Shown here one piece after another: positions 28,483-36,613 of a stretch of 64,000 nucleotides of DNA (positions within the stretch are counted from its first letter, which is position 1; each line of letters starts with the position of its first letter). The translations under genes and the position numbers were made by a program. The notes under the pieces are model-generated. The model ran no database searches, was not told the origin of the DNA, and was given only the letters and a program-made list of their open reading frames with translations. Source of the stretch: an uncultured bacterium (GTDB taxonomy: Bacteria; Verrucomicrobiota; Kiritimatiellia; CAIKKV01; CAITUY01); the NCBI GenBank assembly GCA_903908715.1, contig CAIVSY010000115.1:35-64034 (forward strand). Reading direction: 5' to 3'.

Positions 28483-28510
28483 TTGACATATTACGATAAC
28501 ACAATATATT
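28483..28510 (+). promoter_or_regulatory. Near-consensus sigma70-type promoter (TTGACA, 16 nt, TATATT) in the AT-rich divergent region between tolQ and the efflux operon, followed by RBS GGAGGAAGGAGG
   Basis: Read directly: ttgacatattacgataacacaatatatt, about 35 nt upstream of the ATG at 28545. Confidence 0.5.
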
Positions 28511-28544
28511 CTCCGTTCGAGAATGGTGGAGGAAGGAGGCTGGC

Positions 28545-29897
28545 ATGAAGGCAGGAGCAGGCGGTTGGTTGCGGTTGTGGGTGGTGGCTGCGGGGTTGGG
28601 CTGGTCGGCGCAGGGCGGGGAAGTGAACCTGGATGGTTGCATCCGGGCCGCACTGGCAGGCAACCCGGATCTTGCGGTGGTGGTGGCGCGTGCGGAGGCC
28701 GGTCGGGCGGCTGTGGGCGAGGCGCGGTCGGCATATGCCCCGCAGTTGACCCTTGGGGCCAACTGGACGCGCACGGATAATCCGCCTCAGGCGTTTTTCC
28801 TGCGATTGAACCAGAAGACGGCTTCCCTGCAGGAGGATTTCAACCGGCCGGAGGACACGGAGAATGTCCGGGGCAGTGTTGGCGCCCAATGGCGCTTGTA
28901 CGACGGCGGTCGCCGTTCAGCGGGTTTGCGCGCGGCGGGATATTCCAGCGAGGCGGCGGGCTGGATGGCCGAGGCGGCGCGGAATGACCTTGTCTTCCAG
29001 GTTACCCGGGCCTACTACTCGGTTCTGCAGGCCTCGGCGCTTCTGGAAGTGCAGCGGGAAGCCGTCGGGAGCATTGAGGGAAGCCTGCGGGTGGCGCAGG
29101 AACGGCTGAAGGTGGGCAATGCCATACGGACCGACGTGATGAACCTGGAAGTGCAGTTGTCCCAGGCGAAGGAGGACCTGATCCGGGCCGCGAACGGCCG
29201 GAAGCTGGCGATTGCGGCGTTGAACACAGTTGTCGGCCGCGAGATGTGGGACGGGGAGACCGTGGCTCCGGCCGCCTTTCCGCTGCCGGAACTTCCGCCG
29301 CCCGCGGGCTGCCCGGGAAGCATTGAAGGGAGGCCGGAACTGGCGTCGGTGCGGATGCAGGAGAAGGCCGCGGAGGCGATGGTGCGGAGGGCCCGAAGGG
29401 ATTATTACCCGGTGGTGAACCTTTTCGGATCGGCGGACTGGGACAGTGAGGCGCTGGACGATTTCGAGCAGAGCTATCTGGTGGGGGCATCGGCGGAACT
29501 GAACCTGTTCGACGGTTCCCGGACACGCAGCGCACTGGCCGGCGCACGGGCGATGTGGAGGTCGGCGTGCGCCATGGCGGAAAAGGTTCGCAACGAATTG
29601 AAGCTGGATCTCCAGCAGTCCCTGCTGCGGGAATCGGAGTCGCGGGAGCGGCTGGGGGTATCCGAGAAGGCGGTGGGAAGCGCGGTGGAATCCCTGCGGA
29701 TCACGAGGGAACGATATCAGCAGGGGTCGGCGGATATCACGGAGCTGATGACCGCCCAGGTCGGGGATACGGCAACCCGGGCGAGGTGGGTGGCGGCGCA
29801 TTATGATTGCCGGGTGGCGCAGGCGGATGTGGCCCGGGCGTGCGGATCCGCCGGGGAGGAGTGGAAGGCCCGCCCTGCGGAGGATGGGAAGCGCTGA
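28545..29897 (+). CDS. TolC-family outer membrane efflux protein (OMF)
   Basis: 450 aa with signal peptide. Two OEP repeat halves with the conserved start pattern (LDGCIRAALAGNPDL..., LTLGANWTR...) and coiled-coil segments. Confidence 0.75.
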   Translation: MKAGAGGWLRLWVVAAGLGWSAQGGEVNLDGCIRAALAGNPDLAVVVARAEAGRAAVGEARSAYAPQLTLGANWTRTDNPPQAFFLRLNQKTASLQEDFNRPEDTENVRGSVGAQWRLYDGGRRSAGLRAAGYSSEAAGWMAEAARNDLVFQVTRAYYSVLQASALLEVQREAVGSIEGSLRVAQERLKVGNAIRTDVMNLEVQLSQAKEDLIRAANGRKLAIAALNTVVGREMWDGETVAPAAFPLPELPPPAGCPGSIEGRPELASVRMQEKAAEAMVRRARRDYYPVVNLFGSADWDSEALDDFEQSYLVGASAELNLFDGSRTRSALAGARAMWRSACAMAEKVRNELKLDLQQSLLRESESRERLGVSEKAVGSAVESLRITRERYQQGSADITELMTAQVGDTATRARWVAAHYDCRVAQADVARACGSAGEEWKARPAEDGKR

Positions 29898-29917
29898 TCG
29901 AAGGTCAAATAGGAGAT

Positions 29918-30970
29918 ATGAGCATGAACGCGAAGAAATGGTTCGGTATCCTTTGGAAACCCGTGGCGGGGCTGGCTGGCCTGGCCGCGCTGGTCGTATG
30001 GTCGGTGGGAGCGCTGGAGTCGAAGGTGGCGCCCGGGAGCGTGGAGTATGCGCCGGGAATTCCGGTTCCGGCAGGGGCCAGCCCGGTTGTGGTGCGTGTG
30101 GCGGAGACCGCGGCACGGGTGGAGGTGGCGGGGACGCTGGCTTCCGAGCAGAAGATCCACCTGAGTGCACGTCTTCCCGCGTATGTGCAGGAGGTGCACG
30201 TGTCGGCCGGTGATGCCGTGACCCGCGGCCAGATCCTGGTGGTGTTGGATGACCGCGAACTGCGTGAACAACTTGCCGCGGCGGAGTCCCAGTACCGGCA
30301 GGCGGAAGCCGAATACGCCCGGGCGACGCAGTTGTTCCAGAAGGCGGCGACGACCGAGCAGGCCCGCATGGCCGCTGAGGCGGGTTATGAGGCAGCCAAG
30401 GCGCGGTTGCAGCAGGCGAAGGTCATGCTCGGCTATGCGCGGATTGTGTCTCCGATCGACGGAGTGGTGACCGACCGGAGGATTGAGGCCGGGGATCTGG
30501 CAGGGCCCGGGCAGGTTCTTCTTTCGGTGTATGACACGCGGCGTATGCGGCTGGAGATTCCCGTGCCGGTGCGGCTGGTTCCGCGTTTCTCGCTTGGAGG
30601 GGAGATGGATCTCCGCCTTGAGGGGGTGTCCGGAACGGTGAAGGGAAGCGTGCAGGAAATTGTCAGCGAGGTCGATCCCCAGACCCGGACCCAGAAGGTC
30701 AAGATCCGGATTGCGGACCCGGGCTTGCGCCTGATGCCCGGCGGATATGGCGTTGTCTGGGTGGATGGGGAAGTGCGCAAGACCCTTTGGGCGCCTTGTT
30801 CTGCGGTGTACCGGCTGGGGCAGCAGGAACTCGTGCAGGTGGTGGCGGGGGGGCGGGCGATCCGCCGTGCGGTCAAGACCGGCGTCACGCGGGACGGGCA
30901 GGTGGAAATCCTGTCGGGTCTGGATGATGGTGATTCTGTTCTGACGGAACCGGTGATGAAGGAGGACTGA
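29918..30970 (+). CDS. RND efflux periplasmic adaptor (membrane fusion protein, HlyD/AcrA family)
   Basis: About 350 aa from the ATG after AGGAG. N-terminal transmembrane anchor, coiled-coil hairpin (ELREQLAAAESQYRQAEAEYARATQLF), and beta-barrel/lipoyl-type regions. Confidence 0.8.
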   Translation: MSMNAKKWFGILWKPVAGLAGLAALVVWSVGALESKVAPGSVEYAPGIPVPAGASPVVVRVAETAARVEVAGTLASEQKIHLSARLPAYVQEVHVSAGDAVTRGQILVVLDDRELREQLAAAESQYRQAEAEYARATQLFQKAATTEQARMAAEAGYEAAKARLQQAKVMLGYARIVSPIDGVVTDRRIEAGDLAGPGQVLLSVYDTRRMRLEIPVPVRLVPRFSLGGEMDLRLEGVSGTVKGSVQEIVSEVDPQTRTQKVKIRIADPGLRLMPGGYGVVWVDGEVRKTLWAPCSAVYRLGQQELVQVVAGGRAIRRAVKTGVTRDGQVEILSGLDDGDSVLTEPVMKED

Positions 30971-30973
30971 GCC

Positions 30974-33900
30974 ATGGAAGAGCAAGAATCATGGATTTCG
31001 AGTATGGTCGGCGGTTTCCTGCGGGGCAACCTGGCGGTTCTGCTGATGATCATAGCCATTGCGGCCGGGGCTGTGGCGTTACTGGTCACGCCTCGCGAGG
31101 AGGAGCCGCAGATTGTGGTGCCCCTTGCGGATGTGATGGTGTCGTATCCCGGCGGCAGCGCCGAGGAGGTCGAGCGGCTGGTGGCGTCGAGGCTGGAACG
31201 CCTGCTCTACCAGATTGACGGTGTGGAGTACGTTTATTCCATGTCGCGGCCGGGCATGGCGGTGGTTACGGTACGGTTCCATGTGGGGCAGGACCGTGAA
31301 GCCAGTCTGATCAAGCTGTATAACAAGGTGTTCCAGAATATCGACAAGACGACGCCCGGGATAGCGGGCTGGATCCTCAAGCCGGTCGAGATCGATGATG
31401 TCCCGATTGTCAGCGCGGCGTTGTACAGCGATCGCTACGGCGAGCACGAACTGTACCGGGTGGCGGAGGAGGTGGCGGCCCGTTTGCAGCACATTCCCGA
31501 CAGTGCGCGCATTACCCTGCATGGCGGACGCCCGCGGACCGTCCAGGTCTTTCTCGACCCCGAGCGATTGTCGGCCTACAACATCAGCCCGATGGAAATT
31601 GCCGGAGCGCTCAAGGTCTCCAATGCCCAGATGGAGAGCGGGACATTCCAGCAGGCGAACCGTACCCTTCTGGTCGAGACCGGGCCGTTCCTGCGGGACG
31701 TGAACGAGACGGCTAATATCATGGTCGGCATGCAGGGGGACCGCCCGGTGTATCTGAGGGATGTAGCGCGCGTGGTCGACGGTCCGGACGAGGTCAATAC
31801 CTATTCGAGGATCGGGTTTGGGCCCGGGGAGAAACGGGACCCAGCGCTCCGGGGGCTGACGAAGGCCTCCGGGGCATCGTATCCGGTTGTCACCGTGGCG
31901 GTGGCCAAGAAGAAGGGCAGCAACGCGGTCTGGGTGTCCCGGGAGGTGGAGAGGACTCTGGAGGGTTTGCGCGGCAGTGTGATTCCGGACGAGGTGGAGG
32001 TCCGGATCACCCGCAACTACGGGGAGACGGCCAATGAGAAGGTCAACAACCTCGTGGAAAGCCTGGTAATCGCCATTGTGACCGTGATCGGCCTGATTGC
32101 TCTTGCGATGAACTGGCGGGTGGGGGCCATCGTGGTGCTGGCGGTGCCGATCACCTATTCCCTGACCCTGCTGGTTAACTACCTGGCGGGTTACACCATC
32201 AACCGGGTGACCTTGTTTGCCTTGATCCTGGCGCTGGGCCTTCTGGTGGACGACCCTATTGTGGGGGTGGAGAACATCTGGCGTCATCTGGCCATGGGGC
32301 GCCAGCCCCGCCTGCAGGCGATCATGACGGCGATGAATGAGGTGATGCCGCCGGTGGTGCTGGCGACCCTTTCCGTGATTGTGGCGTTCCTGCCGATGTT
32401 CTTCATCACCGGCATGATGGGACCCTACATGCGGCCGATGGCGCTGAATGTTCCGCTGGCAATGCTCAGTTCAATGATTGTGGCCTTTGCCATCACGCCC
32501 TGGGTTTCCAGCAAGCTGCTGAAGGTCAAGGGCACGCATACCGAGGAGGTGGACATACGGGGTACGGCGACCTATCGCCTTTATGCGCGGATCATGGGTC
32601 CGCTGGTTGCCTCCAGGGGGCGCACGGTCCTTCTGCTTCTGGCGATCGTCGCCTTGTTCGCGGGTTCGCTGTTCCTGGCGGCAACAGGGCGTGTGCCGCT
32701 GAAGATGCTGCCGTTTGACAACAAGAACGAGTTCCAGGTTGTCGTAGACCTGCCCGAGTCGGCCACCCTTGAGCGGACGGATGCGGTGGTCCGCGAGGTG
32801 GAGGATTATTTGCGGACGCTGCCGGAAGTGACGGATTTCACGTCGGCTGTGGGGTTTGCCTCGCCTATGGATTTCAACGGACTGGTGCGTCATTACTACC
32901 TGCGGCAGGGGTCCCATGTCGCGGATATCCGTGTCAACCTTCTGCCCCGCAAACAGCGGGCGATGGACAGCCATGCCCTGGTGCTGCGGATCCGGAAGGA
33001 TATCGAGGCAATTGCCCGCAGGACAGGGGCTTCTTTGAAGCTCGTCGAGGTGCCGCCCGGGCCGCCGGTGCTTTCCACGGTGGTGGCCGAGATATACGGA
33101 CAGCCGCACCACAAGTACACAGACCTTGTGGCCGCCGCGAAAACGGTCAGGGGTCGGATGGAGCAGGAGGAAGGCTTGGTGGATGTGGATGACTCCGTTG
33201 AGGCGCCGCAGGAGAAGTACTTTTTCCGTGTGGATCGCGAGAAGGCGGCGCGCAGTGGTATTGCGGTCGAGGATGTTGTGCAGACGCTCCGCATGGCTTT
33301 GAGCGGGATGCCGGCGGGCATCGTGCATGCGCCCGCTGAGCAGAATGAACTGCCGATCCTGCTTAAGGTGCCGCGTGAGCGGCGTTCCGATCCGGAGTGG
33401 CTCAAGACCCTGGTGGTCAAGGGGAGCATGGGGGGGAATGCGGTGCCGCTGGGCGAACTGGGTCGTTTCGAGGAGCAGGGGAATGAAACGGCCATTTACC
33501 ACAAGAACCAGGAGCGGGTGGTTTATGTGACCGGTGAAATGGCGGGCAAGGGCCCGGCCTATGCGGTTCTCAGTCTCCAGTCCTGGTTCCGCAAGAACCC
33601 CCTGCCGTCCGGGATCCGGGCGGAATGGGCCGGGGAAGGCGAATGGAAGATCACAGTGGATGTGTTCCGTGATCTGGGGATCGCCTTCTCGGCTGCATTG
33701 ATCGGGATCTATATTCTTCTTGTGTACGAGACCAAGTCGTATGCGCTGCCGGTGGTCATCATGATGTCCATTCCTTTGACTCTCATCGGGATCATGCCCG
33801 GCTTCTGGCTGTTGAATCTTGTGGTGAACCGGCCGGTCGGGGGATATGAGAATCCTGTGTTCTTTACCGCGACGGCGATGATCGGCATGATTGCGCTGGC

Positions 33901-34207
33901 CGGGATTGTGGTGCGGAACGGGATCATCCTGATCGATTTCGTCAGAACGTCCGTGGAGCGGGGTATGGCGATACGGGATGCGATCCTCGAGTCCGGCGCA
34001 GTCCGGTTCCGTCCGATCTTCCTGACGGCCGGAACCACGCTGCTCGGAGCCTGGCCGATCACGCTGGATCCCATTTTCAGCGGGCTGGCCTGGTCGATCA
34101 TATTCGGTTTGTTCGTGTCCACGGCATTCACGCTTGTGGTGATTCCGCTGGTGTACTACTGGCTGTTCGGGGGTGGGGCCGCAACGAGGGAGGAACCGCA
34201 GGTATGA
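30974..34207 (+). CDS. RND efflux transporter permease (AcrB/CzcA superfamily)
   Basis: 1077 aa with a 12-TM layout and two large periplasmic loops. Conserved LALGLLVDDPIVGVEN-type motif. Confidence 0.9.
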   Translation: MEEQESWISSMVGGFLRGNLAVLLMIIAIAAGAVALLVTPREEEPQIVVPLADVMVSYPGGSAEEVERLVASRLERLLYQIDGVEYVYSMSRPGMAVVTVRFHVGQDREASLIKLYNKVFQNIDKTTPGIAGWILKPVEIDDVPIVSAALYSDRYGEHELYRVAEEVAARLQHIPDSARITLHGGRPRTVQVFLDPERLSAYNISPMEIAGALKVSNAQMESGTFQQANRTLLVETGPFLRDVNETANIMVGMQGDRPVYLRDVARVVDGPDEVNTYSRIGFGPGEKRDPALRGLTKASGASYPVVTVAVAKKKGSNAVWVSREVERTLEGLRGSVIPDEVEVRITRNYGETANEKVNNLVESLVIAIVTVIGLIALAMNWRVGAIVVLAVPITYSLTLLVNYLAGYTINRVTLFALILALGLLVDDPIVGVENIWRHLAMGRQPRLQAIMTAMNEVMPPVVLATLSVIVAFLPMFFITGMMGPYMRPMALNVPLAMLSSMIVAFAITPWVSSKLLKVKGTHTEEVDIRGTATYRLYARIMGPLVASRGRTVLLLLAIVALFAGSLFLAATGRVPLKMLPFDNKNEFQVVVDLPESATLERTDAVVREVEDYLRTLPEVTDFTSAVGFASPMDFNGLVRHYYLRQGSHVADIRVNLLPRKQRAMDSHALVLRIRKDIEAIARRTGASLKLVEVPPGPPVLSTVVAEIYGQPHHKYTDLVAAAKTVRGRMEQEEGLVDVDDSVEAPQEKYFFRVDREKAARSGIAVEDVVQTLRMALSGMPAGIVHAPAEQNELPILLKVPRERRSDPEWLKTLVVKGSMGGNAVPLGELGRFEEQGNETAIYHKNQERVVYVTGEMAGKGPAYAVLSLQSWFRKNPLPSGIRAEWAGEGEWKITVDVFRDLGIAFSAALIGIYILLVYETKSYALPVVIMMSIPLTLIGIMPGFWLLNLVVNRPVGGYENPVFFTATAMIGMIALAGIVVRNGIILIDFVRTSVERGMAIRDAILESGAVRFRPIFLTAGTTLLGAWPITLDPIFSGLAWSIIFGLFVSTAFTLVVIPLVYYWLFGGGAATREEPQV

Positions 34208-34584
34208 CGCAGGCGGGATGGGACAACTGGGTCCGGATGGCGGACCAGGAGGTGTCCCGTACGTTGGGAAGTCTGCCGCGGCAGTTGCGGGTCGAGGCGT
34301 CTGCCGTTCCGGTCCTTTTCCAACGACGCCCCTCCCGGGCCATGGAGCGCGATGGTGTCGATCCCGATACAATGGGACTGTTTGTCGGCGTGCCGTTCGC
34401 GGAGGAAATGCGATCCGGGGAGGATATTCCGGCGCAGGTGATTCTTTTCCTCGAGGTGATCCTCGACGAGGTGAACGGGGACGAGGCCGTGTTCCGGCGC
34501 GAAGTCCGGCAGACCTACCTTCACGAACTGGGCCATTTCCTCGGTCTGGATGAATCCGGTCTGGAGGAGCGGGACCTGGGATAG
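34204..34584 (+). CDS. Small zincin-like metallopeptidase-family protein (HExxH: HELGHFLGLDE), translationally coupled to the RND gene
   Basis: 126 aa. HELGHxxGLDE motif, as in the DUF1025-type putative Zn peptidase family. 4-nt overlap with the RND stop. Confidence 0.55.
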   Translation: MTQAGWDNWVRMADQEVSRTLGSLPRQLRVEASAVPVLFQRRPSRAMERDGVDPDTMGLFVGVPFAEEMRSGEDIPAQVILFLEVILDEVNGDEAVFRREVRQTYLHELGHFLGLDESGLEERDLG

Positions 34585-34678
34585 GGGTGGGGCGCGCGAT
34601 TTGAGGACCGGATGAATCGCGAATTGACAAGGGGTGTGTGGTGTGGTTCTTATGGGCAAATTTTCCGGGAGAGGGATC

Positions 34679-35701
34679 ATGGTTCAGACATCACATGGAT
34701 TGCTGTTGCAGGGGGATGCCTCCCTTCTCGACAACGAGATGAGGAAATTCCTTGCCCAGCCGGTCGACATGGAGTGGGTGCCTGAACAGGATACGGCGGG
34801 GCGTTTCCTGACCACGTTGAAGGATCCGGTTTCGGTTTCAGGGCCCGGCACGTTTTTCGGGAAGGCCCGGCGGACTCTCCGGTTCGAGCCCTGCGAGACG
34901 GAGGGCTGGTGGCTGGACCGCACCGACCTGCCCGATTCCATGCCGATCCGCGTGGCGGCCAACAACATCTGGACGACGCAGCGCAATATTGTGCTCTGCA
35001 GCGGTTCCCCTCACAATTATGTCCGCATGGTCGAGCATATCGTTGCGTTGCGCCTGGGTTTGCGCCTGGACAATGTGAGAATCAGGATGGATTCCGGCGA
35101 TCCGCCGCTTTTCGATCGGGGCAGCATGGATTTGGTGGAAGCCCTGGATCGTGCGGGGATTTGTGAAACCACCCGGCCGGTTACGTATGTTACCGTGCGC
35201 GAGCCGGTGGCCATCCTGGGGCCGGGCGGAAGTTTCCTGACGGTCCAGCCCTGTGCCGCGGGACGGCCGGTCCTGGACCTGGACTGCGCGGTTGATTTCA
35301 AGACTGCGATCGGTCGTCAGCGGATCCGGATGCGGTTGACGCCGGAGACTGCCCGTCACGGAGCGCTGGCGCGCACCAATTGCTCCTTTGCGCAGATGGC
35401 GTTCGTCAAGACCATCGGCCGTTTTTTTGCCGACATGCGCAACCTGGGTTACACGACGCGGAACATCCTCATCGCCGGGCGCTGGGGATACTACAACACG
35501 CCCCTGCTGCTGAATGATGGCAAATCGCTCGAGGCGGTCTGGCATCGAGCGATCCTCGACCTTGTGGCGGCCCTGTCCCTGGTGCATACGGGCCGCTTTG
35601 TCGGCACGGTGCAGTCCTATAAGGCCGGCCACGCGCTGGATTGCACGCTGGTCCGCCTGTTGTACGAGCGTGACCTGCTTTGTCCTGTGTCCGCCGGCTG
35701 A
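34679..35701 (+). CDS. Divergent LpxC-family (UDP-3-O-acyl-GlcNAc deacetylase-like) protein with about 45-aa N-terminal extension
   Basis: Start after RBS GGGAGAGGG. Blocks VEHIVALRLGLRLDNVRI...DSGDPPLFDRGSMDLVEALDRAGI and HRAILDLVAAL...YKAGHALD align to the LpxC catalytic regions, but the His-to-Asp spacing in the second block is shifted by one residue. Confidence 0.55.
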   Translation: MVQTSHGLLLQGDASLLDNEMRKFLAQPVDMEWVPEQDTAGRFLTTLKDPVSVSGPGTFFGKARRTLRFEPCETEGWWLDRTDLPDSMPIRVAANNIWTTQRNIVLCSGSPHNYVRMVEHIVALRLGLRLDNVRIRMDSGDPPLFDRGSMDLVEALDRAGICETTRPVTYVTVREPVAILGPGGSFLTVQPCAAGRPVLDLDCAVDFKTAIGRQRIRMRLTPETARHGALARTNCSFAQMAFVKTIGRFFADMRNLGYTTRNILIAGRWGYYNTPLLLNDGKSLEAVWHRAILDLVAALSLVHTGRFVGTVQSYKAGHALDCTLVRLLYERDLLCPVSAG

Positions 35702-35818
35702 TTCCGCGCCAAGCCTTGTGCGCCGGGCCGGGTTCGCTTTACGCTTGATCCTCCGCTCCTCTCTGCTTTAATGCCGCACCTGTGAGTTAGATATCTACTA
35801 TTAGGAGACATGTAGTAT

Positions 35819-36556
35819 ATGAGGCGGTTGGGGTTGTGGCTGGGCTGGCTGGTTTGCGCGGTTGCCGCGGAAGCGCAATGGAAGGCGGGGGATATCGCCT
35901 TCGTGGCTTATAATACGGATGACACGGATGATTTCGCCTGGGTAACCCTGCGGAGCATTCCGGCCAACACGACCCTTTGCTTTACCGACGCATCCGTCAG
36001 CAATGCCTTCTATCGCTGGACGGAACATCTGGGGGATATCGTGGCGCCGGGTCCGCTGCAGTGGACACACACGAATGTCGTTGCGGCCGGAACCGTGATC
36101 CGCTGGTGCGGGGGGACACCGGGGGCATGGTCCCTTGGACAGTCCGCGGGCGGCCGGATGAACCTGAGCAGTGACGGAGATCAGGTTATAGCTTACCGGG
36201 GTACGATAGCCCGGGATACTGCGCTGCCGTCGCCGTGGCAGGGGAATCCCTCGAATGCCATACCGTTGTATGCCTTGAATTTCGCCAATGGCGGATGGGA
36301 TAATGTCCTGGGGGGTGACAGCCAGACCAGTTTTGTTCCCCCGGGTCTTGTGGAGGCCCGGACGGCCCTGCACGTCAGCGGCCTGGACAACGCCTATTAT
36401 GATGGTCCGACGGAGGGGAGTGCGGAGACGCTCCTCAGGGCCATAGCCGATCCTGCAAACTGGAAGGGTTCCAATGAGGTGTTCCGCGTTTTTGCCTGGA
36501 GCGGCGACAAGGCGTTCCGGGTCCAGCCGGCCGGGACAGTGCTGTCGATCCAGTAA
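35819..36556 (+). CDS. Secreted hypothetical protein (signal peptide; no family recognised)
   Basis: 245 aa. N-terminal WLGWLVCAVAAEAQ leader. Preceded by a locally AT-rich spacer with GGAG RBS. Confidence 0.5.
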   Translation: MRRLGLWLGWLVCAVAAEAQWKAGDIAFVAYNTDDTDDFAWVTLRSIPANTTLCFTDASVSNAFYRWTEHLGDIVAPGPLQWTHTNVVAAGTVIRWCGGTPGAWSLGQSAGGRMNLSSDGDQVIAYRGTIARDTALPSPWQGNPSNAIPLYALNFANGGWDNVLGGDSQTSFVPPGLVEARTALHVSGLDNAYYDGPTEGSAETLLRAIADPANWKGSNEVFRVFAWSGDKAFRVQPAGTVLSIQ

Positions 36557-36562
36557 GAAGAA

Positions 36563-36593
36563 GGGCTCCCGCGGCCGTTTGACCGGGGAGCCC
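36563..36593. terminator. GC-rich hairpin (gggctccc...ggggagccc) between the convergent secreted-protein gene and ppdK; candidate bidirectional terminator
   Basis: Read directly. 8-9 bp stem. No strong T-run. Confidence 0.35.
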
Positions 36594-36613
36594 TGTTCAT
36601 CCTCTGTGTGTCT

